From an uncultured Pelagibacteraceae bacterium (GTDB lineage: Bacteria > Pseudomonadota > Alphaproteobacteria > Pelagibacterales > Pelagibacteraceae), in contig CACGVK010000001.1 in assembly GCA_902576565.1 (NCBI GenBank), positions 305 to 64,304 on the forward strand: 64,000 nucleotides of DNA. Direction: 5' to 3'. Below the pieces are notes generated by a model. The model was not told the origin of the DNA and ran no database searches. It worked only from the letters and a program-made list of their open reading frames with translations. The position numbers were made by a program, and so were the translations under genes. This document shows, piece by piece, positions 56,569-64,000 of the stretch; positions within the stretch are counted from its first letter, which is position 1; each line of letters opens with the position of its first letter.

Positions 56569-58407
56569 ATGTCAGACGAAATTAACGATAACAAAACAAT
56601 ACAAGCACAATCATCTGAGGTAATGACTGGTGGAAGTGCAGGTGCTACTCCAGATATGGATTATGTAAGACCAGCTGAAATACCAGAACAAGATTTGTAT
56701 CATGCACATAGTTTTATTACCAAATGGGTTTTTTGTCAGGATGCTAAAGTAATTGGAGTTCAATATTTTCTTTTAGCAACATTTACTGGAATAGTTGGAC
56801 TAATACTTTCTTGGTTAATGCGTTTACAATTAGGATTTCCTGGTTTAGCTGGATTTATGACAGCTGAACACTACTATCAATTTGTTACCATGCATGGAAT
56901 GATAATGGTTGTTTACTTTTTAACTGCGTTGTTTTTAGGTGGTTTTGGAAATTATTTAATTCCTTTAATGGTAGGCGCAAGAGACATGGTGTTTCCATAC
57001 GTGAACATGTTAAGCTTTTGGATGTTTTTTGTAGCTGTAGCTGTTTTAATGGCAAGTTTCTTTGTTCCAGGTGGACCTACAGGTGCCGGCTGGACACTTT
57101 ATCCTCCTCAAACAATTTTAGAAGGAACCCCAGGCTCTGGTATGGGGATACTTTTAATGCTTATCTCTTTATCCTTATTCGTAATTGGTTTTACTATGGG
57201 TGGATTAAATTACATGATTACAGTTCTGCAGGCTCGTACAAGAGGTATGACTTTGATGAGAATGCCATTGACGGTTTGGGGAATTTTTACAGCAACTATT
57301 TTAGCAATGTTGGCTTTCCCAGCATTACTTGTAAGTGCAATCATGATGACTTTAGATAAAGTTCTTGGAACAAGCTTTTTTATGCCAACAATTTTAAAAG
57401 CTGGAGAAGTTTTAGAATATGGTGGTGGAAGTCCAATTTTATTCCAACACTTATTTTGGTTCTTTGGACACCCAGAAGTTTACATTGTTGCATTACCAGC
57501 ATTTGGAATAGTTTCAGATTTAATTTCAGTTCATGCTAGAAAAAATATATTCGGATATAGAATGATGGTTTGGGCAATTGTCGGAATTGGAGCTTTAAGT
57601 TTCTTTGTTTGGGCTCACCATATGTATGTAAGTGGAATGAACCCATGGTTTGGTTTCTTTTTTGCAACAACTACTTTAATTATCGCAGTGCCCACCGCAA
57701 TGAAGGTTTATAACTGGATACTAACATTATGGAGAGGGAACATCAGACTTAACACTGTTATGTTGTGGTGTTTAGGATTTATAGTAACTTTTGTCAACGG
57801 AGGTATTACTGGAATATTCTTGGGTAACGTTTCGGTTGATGTGCCATTATCTGATACATATTTTGTTATTGCCCACTTCCACATGGTTATGGGTATTGCT
57901 CCACTGATGGTTATCATGGGTGCTGTTTACCACTGGTTCCCTTTAGTTGCTGGAAGATTTTTAGATGAGAAATTAGGTAAGTGGCATTTTTGGCTAACAT
58001 TCTTAGGAGCTTATTCTATCTATTTCCCTATGCATTATTTAGGATTTATTGGAGTTCCTAGAAGATACTTTGAAATGTATGATAGTCCATATATGACCTC
58101 AGCAGTAGGTATGAACGAATTTATAAGTACGGCTGCGTTTATAGTTGGTGCTGCACAATTTATTTTGATTTACAATATTATTAAAACTTTAAAAACTGGA
58201 AAAGCTGCACCAAAAAATCCATGGAGTGCAAATTCTCTTGAGTGGTTTACTTCTACAGTACCTCCGGGGCATGGTAATTTCGGAGACAGACTTCCAGTAG
58301 TTCACAGATGGCCATACGATTTTAGTGTGCCAGGAGCAAAAGACGATTTTATTCCACAAACAACACCTCCTAGCGAAGTTGTTCATACAGAGGTAGAAAA
58401 AACATAG
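56569..58407 (+). CDS. coxN: Cytochrome c oxidase subunit I (A1 family, alternative CoxN type)
   Basis: TMHG, GARDM, GWTLYPP, WFFGHPEVY, WAHHM and AHFH. The N-terminal PAE.P..LYH...VF.QDAKVI is typical of CoxN. Confidence 0.95.
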   Translation: MSDEINDNKTIQAQSSEVMTGGSAGATPDMDYVRPAEIPEQDLYHAHSFITKWVFCQDAKVIGVQYFLLATFTGIVGLILSWLMRLQLGFPGLAGFMTAEHYYQFVTMHGMIMVVYFLTALFLGGFGNYLIPLMVGARDMVFPYVNMLSFWMFFVAVAVLMASFFVPGGPTGAGWTLYPPQTILEGTPGSGMGILLMLISLSLFVIGFTMGGLNYMITVLQARTRGMTLMRMPLTVWGIFTATILAMLAFPALLVSAIMMTLDKVLGTSFFMPTILKAGEVLEYGGGSPILFQHLFWFFGHPEVYIVALPAFGIVSDLISVHARKNIFGYRMMVWAIVGIGALSFFVWAHHMYVSGMNPWFGFFFATTTLIIAVPTAMKVYNWILTLWRGNIRLNTVMLWCLGFIVTFVNGGITGIFLGNVSVDVPLSDTYFVIAHFHMVMGIAPLMVIMGAVYHWFPLVAGRFLDEKLGKWHFWLTFLGAYSIYFPMHYLGFIGVPRRYFEMYDSPYMTSAVGMNEFISTAAFIVGAAQFILIYNIIKTLKTGKAAPKNPWSANSLEWFTSTVPPGHGNFGDRLPVVHRWPYDFSVPGAKDDFIPQTTPPSEVVHTEVEKT

Positions 58408-58415
58408 TTTAGAAA

Positions 58416-59126
58416 ATGTCAGATCCAAAAATAGAGGGCTATCAACTTAAACCAGGATTTAGTGGGATGGCTGCGGATACTGGTTCTGACCAAACAATGT
58501 TTAAAGGCGTTCATTGGGGCAAAGCAATGATGTGGATATTTTTATTAAGCGATACATTTGTATTTAGTTGTTTTTTAATTTCTTACATGAAAGGAAGAGG
58601 ATCAACACCAGTAGAATGGCCAAATCCAAGTGAAGTATTTGCGCTAAATGCATTTGGAGTGCCTGTACCTCTTTTATTAATTGCAATAATGACATTTGTT
58701 TTAATAACAAGCAGTGGAACAATGGCATTAGCCGTAAAATATGGTTATGAAAAAAATCGAAAAATGTGCGGCTGGTTAGTTTTAGCAACAGCAATTGGTG
58801 GTTTAACTTTTGTTGGAATGCAAGCATTCGAGTGGTCAAAATTAATACATGAAGGAGTAAGACCTTGGGAAAATCCATTTGGTGCTGCTCAATTTGGATC
58901 GTTCTTCTTTATGATAACAGGTTTTCATGGAACCCACGTATCCATAGGAGTAATTTTCCTTTTTATTTATGCTTACAAAGTATTTGCTGGGCATTACGAT
59001 GAGAGAAAAAGAGGATGGTTTACTTCAATGAGGGGCGATTATGTAGAAATAGAAATTTTAGGTTTATACTGGCATTTCGTTGATTTAGTATGGGTATTTA
59101 TTTTCGCATTTTTTTATTTATGGTAA
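58416..59126 (+). CDS. coxP: Alternative cytochrome c oxidase subunit III (CoxP type)
   Basis: WGKAMMWIFLLSDTF, MTFVLI.SS.TMA, FFMITGFHG.HV and GLYWHFVDLVW. Confidence 0.9.
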   Translation: MSDPKIEGYQLKPGFSGMAADTGSDQTMFKGVHWGKAMMWIFLLSDTFVFSCFLISYMKGRGSTPVEWPNPSEVFALNAFGVPVPLLLIAIMTFVLITSSGTMALAVKYGYEKNRKMCGWLVLATAIGGLTFVGMQAFEWSKLIHEGVRPWENPFGAAQFGSFFFMITGFHGTHVSIGVIFLFIYAYKVFAGHYDERKRGWFTSMRGDYVEIEILGLYWHFVDLVWVFIFAFFYLW

Positions 59127-59136
59127 TTATATAAAT

Positions 59137-59472
59137 ATGGAAGACACAAAAAAAAAGGAACAGGCCTCAACACATAAAATAGGAATTTACCTATGGATAT
59201 GGGGATTGCTATTTGTTCTAAGTTTTTTTTCATACTTGGTAGACTGGTATCAATTCCAAGGAATGCTTAGATGGTCTTTGATTTTAATATTTATGTTTTT
59301 AAAAGCAGGTTTAATCATGGCTTTCTTTATGCATTTATTTTGGGAAAGATATGCGTTGGTAAATGTTTTATTGTGGCCGATGACAGCAATAGCATGTTTT
59401 ATATTTCTAATGGTTGCTGAATTTGAATACACTCTTTTTAGTAGAATTTTTTATTTTGTTGTTGGGGGATAA
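59137..59472 (+). CDS. coxQ: Cytochrome c oxidase subunit IV family (CoxQ type)
   Basis: YLWIWG.LFVLS..SYLVD, LRWSLILIFM.LKAGLI.A.FMHL.WER. Confidence 0.85.
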   Translation: MEDTKKKEQASTHKIGIYLWIWGLLFVLSFFSYLVDWYQFQGMLRWSLILIFMFLKAGLIMAFFMHLFWERYALVNVLLWPMTAIACFIFLMVAEFEYTLFSRIFYFVVGG

Positions 59473-59477
59473 ATAAT

Positions 59478-59741
59478 ATGGATGGATATACAATTTTAGC
59501 AGCTTTTTTATTTTTTTTCGTTTTTTTTATTTATATAACTTGGTTTGGATTTTCTATAAAAGTTGAAAATGAAAAGAATGATGGAGAAGAAATAAAAATC
59601 AATCCTTACGATAATGTACCACTTCACAGAAAACTCATCGATAAGAAAAACGAAAAAATTGGTTTATTTGATTTAGGAAATCATATTTTAATTATAGGAT
59701 TTATTTTATTAGTTATATTTGTTTCAATGAACGTGGATTAA
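59478..59741 (+). CDS. Small two-TM hypothetical protein in the cox operon
   Basis: 87 aa with N- and C-terminal TM segments; 5-nt and 2-nt spacers to the neighbouring genes. Confidence 0.65.
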   Translation: MDGYTILAAFLFFFVFFIYITWFGFSIKVENEKNDGEEIKINPYDNVPLHRKLIDKKNEKIGLFDLGNHILIIGFILLVIFVSMNVD

Positions 59742-59743
59742 AA

Positions 59744-60655
59744 GTGTCTATTGAAACATTAAAAAATCAAGTTTCCTCATTTAACTTCCAAAGTTATCTA
59801 AAATCATTAATTTTATTAATGAAACCAAGAGTAATGTCTCTTGTGATATTCACTTGTGCTGTAGGTTTATTAACTGCACCAAATACAATCCAGATGTTTG
59901 ATGCATTAATTAGTATTTTTTTTGTAACAATAGGAGCAGGCGCAGCAGGCGCATTAAATATGTGGTATGAAGCAGATCTTGATAAATTGATGACAAGAAC
60001 TTGTCTTAGACCAATACCTACTGGAAAAATAAATAAAGATCACGCACTTATATTCGGAATAGCTTTATCTTTTGTTTCAATTTATGGACTTTATTATTTT
60101 TCAAACTTTTTATCAGCGTTATTGCTTTTTGTGACTATAGCTTTTTATGTTTTTGTTTATACAATTTGGTTAAAGAGAAAAACACCACAAAACATTGTTA
60201 TTGGAGGCGCTTCAGGAGCATTACCACCAGTTATTGGATGGACGATTGCAACAAATTCATTAACATTTGAACCAATAACATTTTTTTTAATTATCTTTTA
60301 TTGGACACCTTCTCATTTTTGGGCACTAAGTCTTTATAAAGCTGAGGATTACCAAAAAGCTAAGATCCCAATGTTACCTATTACAAATGGAATAGAGGAA
60401 ACAAAGAAAAAGATTTTTGTTTATTCTTTGTTTATGCTTCCAATAATATTTGTTCCATATTTTATAGGTTTTGTTGGCGAAGTTTTTTTAGCTACTTCTT
60501 TGTTGCTTACTCTTTATTATAATTATGTTTGTTATGATCTTTTTAAATATAAAAGAAATGAATTTGATATAAAAAAGGCAAAAAAAGTATTTGGATATTC
60601 AATTTTATATTTATTTTTAATTTTCGTATTATTCTTAATAGATAGTTTAATTTAA
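59744..60655 (+). CDS. cyoE: Protoheme IX farnesyltransferase (heme O synthase)
   Basis: LMKPRVMSL, NM..E.D.D..M.RT..RP.P, YT.WLKR.T.QNIVIGG and WTP.HFWAL. Confidence 0.96.
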   Translation: MSIETLKNQVSSFNFQSYLKSLILLMKPRVMSLVIFTCAVGLLTAPNTIQMFDALISIFFVTIGAGAAGALNMWYEADLDKLMTRTCLRPIPTGKINKDHALIFGIALSFVSIYGLYYFSNFLSALLLFVTIAFYVFVYTIWLKRKTPQNIVIGGASGALPPVIGWTIATNSLTFEPITFFLIIFYWTPSHFWALSLYKAEDYQKAKIPMLPITNGIEETKKKIFVYSLFMLPIIFVPYFIGFVGEVFLATSLLLTLYYNYVCYDLFKYKRNEFDIKKAKKVFGYSILYLFLIFVLFLIDSLI

Positions 60656-60700
60656 AAGTTGCTACTCTAAATTATTTGGTTAGAGTGTTTAATATCATAG

Positions 60701-62068
60701 ATGAAATATATAAGTACAAGAAACAGTTCAAAAGAATATAATTTTGAGCAAATTTTCATTAAAGGCTTAGCTGACGATGGAGGACTTTTTGTTCCTAAAT
60801 CGTTAAAAAAATTTAATAATGATGAATTAAATAAATTAAAAAATTTAGATTATAATGGTCTATCTACTGAAATAATAAATCTGTTTTCATCAGATTTTAT
60901 CTCTAAAGATGAACTTTCATCTTTAATTAAAAAATCATATTTGACGTTTAGAGAGAAAGACGTTGTTAAATTTTCTAATGTTGGAGAAATAAAATTATTA
61001 GAATTATTTCATGGCCCAACATTAGCATTTAAAGATGTTGCGATGCAATTCATTGGAAATTTGTATGAGTATTACTTAAGTAAAAATGATCAAAAAATTA
61101 GCATAGTTGTTGCAACTTCAGGAGATACAGGCGCGGCAGCTATTGATGCAATTAAAGGAAAATCTAATTTAAATATATTTGTTCTACACCCAAATAATAG
61201 AATTTCTTCTGTACAAAGAAAAATAATGACTACTGTTGAAGAAAAAAATGTTTTCAATATCGCGATAGATGGAAATTTTGACGATTGTCAAAATATTGTA
61301 AAACAAATGTTTTCTGACTTAGAATTTTCTAAATCTGTAAATATGTCAGGAGTGAACTCGATAAATTGGGCAAGAATAATTGCTCAAGCAGTATATTATT
61401 TTTATTCGTATTTTAAATTAGGGAAAGAAACAATTTCTTTTTCAGTTCCAACTGGAAATTTTGGTGATGTTTTTGCAGGTTACCTTGCAAAGAAAATGGG
61501 ATTACCAATTAACAAATTAATTGTTGCAACAAACGAAAATGATATTTTACATAGAGCCATTTCAAAAGGAGATTATGTTTCAAAAGAAGTTAAAGAAACA
61601 TTGTCACCTAGTATGGATATTCAATTAGCGAGCAACTTTGAAAGATTAATTTACTATGTAAATAATTCTGACTCTGAAAAAACAGCAGAAATTATGAAAA
61701 AAGTTAAGCAAAATTCTTATCAAATTGAAAAGAACAATTTAGATATAATTCAAAAGGATTTTTTATCTGAAAGTTGTAATGAACAAGAAACATTAGATAT
61801 TATTAAAAAAAATTATGAAGAAAATAATATCATATTGGATCCTCATACAGCGGTTGGAGTAGGGGCTGCAAAAAAACTATCTTTTAATGATTGTGTAGTT
61901 TTATCAACAGCACATCCATGTAAATTTCCAGATGCTACAAATAGTGCAATAAACAAACATGAAAAATTACCTGATGAACTTCAATATGTGCTAGATAAAA
62001 ATGAAAACTTTCAAGTATTAAAAAACAGCACAGAGGATGTAAAAAAGTTTGTTAAAAGCAAAGTTTAA
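60701..62068 (+). CDS. thrC: Threonine synthase
   Basis: Y.STR, GLA.DGGL, LELFHGPTLAFKD, ATSGDTG, NSINWAR and VPTGNFG. Confidence 0.98.
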   Translation: MKYISTRNSSKEYNFEQIFIKGLADDGGLFVPKSLKKFNNDELNKLKNLDYNGLSTEIINLFSSDFISKDELSSLIKKSYLTFREKDVVKFSNVGEIKLLELFHGPTLAFKDVAMQFIGNLYEYYLSKNDQKISIVVATSGDTGAAAIDAIKGKSNLNIFVLHPNNRISSVQRKIMTTVEEKNVFNIAIDGNFDDCQNIVKQMFSDLEFSKSVNMSGVNSINWARIIAQAVYYFYSYFKLGKETISFSVPTGNFGDVFAGYLAKKMGLPINKLIVATNENDILHRAISKGDYVSKEVKETLSPSMDIQLASNFERLIYYVNNSDSEKTAEIMKKVKQNSYQIEKNNLDIIQKDFLSESCNEQETLDIIKKNYEENNIILDPHTAVGVGAAKKLSFNDCVVLSTAHPCKFPDATNSAINKHEKLPDELQYVLDKNENFQVLKNSTEDVKKFVKSKV

Positions 62069-62094
62069 AGGTGCGTTCTGTTGCCAGGTGCCCC
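62069..62094 (-). other. Degenerate fragment resembling the 3' hairpin of alphaproteobacterial two-piece tmRNA
   Basis: Minus strand GGGGCACCTGGCAACAGAACGCACCT. The ACCTGGCAACAGAA core is recalled from alphaproteobacterial ssrA 3' ends; no tag ORF or tRNA-like domain is adjacent. Confidence 0.45.
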
Positions 62095-62099
62095 AAATT

Positions 62100-62165
62100 T
62101 CAAACTATCATCATGATAAATATGAATACAATCAAAACAATTACTGGAGCAAAAAAATATTGCAT
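62100..62165 (-). CDS. Possible 21-aa hydrophobic micro-ORF (MQYFFAPVIVLIVFIFIMMIV)
   Basis: Manually translated ATG..TGA, 12 nt downstream of the rnhA stop; entirely TM-like. Confidence 0.3.
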   Translation of the reverse strand: MQYFFAPVIVLIVFIFIMMIV

Positions 62166-62177
62166 ATTCTAAATATT

Positions 62178-62600
62178 TTATAAATTTGCAGCTTCTCTAG
62201 CAATCAAATCAACTTCATTATTTAACTCATCTGTTGAATGTGCTTTTACCCAATTCCAACTTATTTTAAATTCATTATTTAGAAGATCTAACTCTTCCCA
62301 AAGTTCTTTATTTTTAACTGGATGTTTGTCAGCAGTTTTCCATCCATTTTTTTTCCAATTGTGGATCCACTCTGTTATTCCTGACTTTACATATTTAGAG
62401 TCAGTAAAAATTTGAACTTTACTACCTTTGGGAATTTTCTTTAAAGCTTCAATTGGAGCAAGTAATTCCATTTGATTATTTGTAGTATTTTTTTTACTTC
62501 CTTTAATCTGTGTTTTTTTTCCATCATTAATAATTATTGCTGCCCATCCACCATTTCCTGGATTTTCTAAACAAGATCCATCAGTATAAATCTTAATCAT
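62178..62600 (-). CDS. rnhA: Ribonuclease HI
   Basis: IYTDGSC..NPG.GGW, TTNN.MEL, TDS.YV, W...GWKT, VKN.ELW and WVKAH..NE.VD. Confidence 0.97.
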   Translation of the reverse strand: MIKIYTDGSCLENPGNGGWAAIIINDGKKTQIKGSKKNTTNNQMELLAPIEALKKIPKGSKVQIFTDSKYVKSGITEWIHNWKKNGWKTADKHPVKNKELWEELDLLNNEFKISWNWVKAHSTDELNNEVDLIAREAANL

Positions 62601-63569
62601 TTAATTATAATAATTTTTAAAATTGTTAAATTGATTATGAACTTTAAGTTTTTGAATATACTCCTTTGGATTCTTTATCTTAATAATAGCACTTTTTGGA
62701 GTATTTAAATAATCATAAGTTCTTGTTAATAAATATCTTAGAGCAGCACCTCGGCATAAAACATTTAAAGATTTTTTTTCTTTATCAGATAACCTTCTTA
62801 TTTTTGAATAACCTTTAATAAGATTTGATGATTTTTTCTTATTAAAAAGAAATTTATTATTTTTTTTATCAAAACATAATGCATTGATACAAATAGCAAT
62901 TTCATACATTAAAAAATCATTACAAGCAAAATAGAAGTCTATATATCCATGAAATTTATTTTTCTTAAAAAAAATATTATCAATAAATAAATCAGCGTGA
63001 ATAATTCCATAAGGTAAATTTTTTGGCCATTTATTTTTTATTTGCAAAAAACTATTTTTCATCAAACCATCTAAACTTGAGTTTATTGTTTTAGATTTAT
63101 TACCAATTCTGTTTAATAGTTTAGGCCATTCTTTTAAAGATAATGAATTTTTTCTATAAAGTTTTATTTTCTTTGACGCCTTATGAAGCTTAGCTATATT
63201 TTTTCCAATTTCATAACAGTTATTTGTATTTAATTTTAACTTATCTCTCCCTTCAACAAATGAAACAATAGATGCTGTTTTATTTTTAATTTTAATTAAA
63301 AAGCTTCCTTTTTTATTTTTTTGGGGTCTTGGACAGTTAATTTTATATTTATTTAACTTATCCATTAAATTCATAAAAAAAGGTAAATCTTTTGTTTGAA
63401 CCCTTTTTTCAAAAAGGGTTAGTATGAATTTTTTATTTTTAGTTTTTAAAAGATAATTAGTATTTTCAATTCCTTTTTTAATTCCTTTAAAATAAATTAT
63501 TTTTCCTAAATTATACTTTTTCTCAATAGATCGAATATCTTTTGGAAAAATTTTTGTGTAAATTGCCAT
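62601..63569 (-). CDS. thrB: Homoserine kinase type II
   Basis: MAIYT, GIENTNY, LTLFE, IHADLF.DN, DFYFAC and LR.LLTR.YD..K.P.EY. Confidence 0.93.
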   Translation of the reverse strand: MAIYTKIFPKDIRSIEKKYNLGKIIYFKGIKKGIENTNYLLKTKNKKFILTLFEKRVQTKDLPFFMNLMDKLNKYKINCPRPQKNKKGSFLIKIKNKTASIVSFVEGRDKLKLNTNNCYEIGKNIAKLHKASKKIKLYRKNSLSLKEWPKLLNRIGNKSKTINSSLDGLMKNSFLQIKNKWPKNLPYGIIHADLFIDNIFFKKNKFHGYIDFYFACNDFLMYEIAICINALCFDKKNNKFLFNKKKSSNLIKGYSKIRRLSDKEKKSLNVLCRGAALRYLLTRTYDYLNTPKSAIIKIKNPKEYIQKLKVHNQFNNFKNYYN

Positions 63570-64000
63570 CTAGTTTAATTTTCCTGGAACTTTGAAAGTT
63601 ATATCTTCTTTCACAATCTCTATCTCATCTATTGATAAATTAAACTGTTTTTTTAAATCTTCGATAAATTTTTCTACTAATATTTCTGGCGCAGATGCTC
63701 CAGAAGAAATACCTATAGTTTCACATTTTGAGATTTCATCAATAGGGACTTTGCTATCAGAATGAATAAGAATAGAATTTTCACAGCCTGATTTATTAGC
63801 AACCTCTACAAGTCTAACAGAATTTGATGAATTTCTACTTCCAATAACAAAAAACATATCACATTTAGGTGCTATTTTTTTAACTGCAGCCTGACGATTA
63901 GTAGTTGCATAACAAATGTCTTCTTTCTTGGGTTCTTGAATTTCTGGAAATCTTTTTTTTAAAGTTTCTACAATTTCTTTTGTATCATCCACAGACAGAG
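63570..64000 (-). CDS. ispH: 4-hydroxy-3-methylbut-2-enyl diphosphate reductase, C-terminal part (5' end outside window)
   Basis: DICYATTNRQ, GS.NSSNS.RL and GISSGASAPE. Confidence 0.95.
   Translation of the reverse strand, partial: LSVDDTKEIVETLKKRFPEIQEPKKEDICYATTNRQAAVKKIAPKCDMFFVIGSRNSSNSVRLVEVANKSGCENSILIHSDSKVPIDEISKCETIGISSGASAPEILVEKFIEDLKKQFNLSIDEIEIVKEDITFKVPGKLN

Noticed and set aside
60664-60686. Inverted repeat ACTCTAA-N9-TTAGAGT between cyoE and thrC, superficially CIRCE-like
   Set aside because: It does not match TTAGCACTC-N9-GAGTGCTAA and the context is not heat shock; at most a weak hairpin.

Overview
Very AT-rich, densely packed alphaproteobacterial chromosome segment. Gene content, gene order, the very short spacers and the composition point to SAR11/Pelagibacterales (inference). 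About 72 CDS are visible, with no rRNA, tRNA, CRISPR array, integrase or transposase. Most genes are housekeeping: gpmA, groESL, ribF-ileS-lspA, pgi, purD, msbA-waaA-lpxK-lpxL, ubiA, rsmD/rsmE, thrB/thrC, rnhA and a partial ispH. There are three notable blocks. (1) A ~10 kb purine uptake/catabolism/salvage cluster (uraD, uraH, xdhAB, CDA-type guanine deaminase, a PuuD lacking its cytochrome c domain, a PRTase and two NCS2 permeases); one permease has an SD-sequestering hairpin upstream. (2) A ScfR/RamB-type regulator divergent from a small ORF plus aceA, with palindromic operator-like sites between them. (3) At the locus normally holding the canonical aa3 oxidase operon (between ubiA/rsmE and thrC), an alternative CoxMNOPQ-type cytochrome c oxidase with SCO and cyoE but no ctaG or surf1, which suggests in-situ replacement of the terminal oxidase. 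Smaller signals include a ROSE-like thermometer and RpoH promoters, a hairpin-less RND adaptor, and a tmRNA-3'-end-like remnant next to a 21-aa hydrophobic micro-ORF after thrC. All family assignments come from motif recognition, not database searches.
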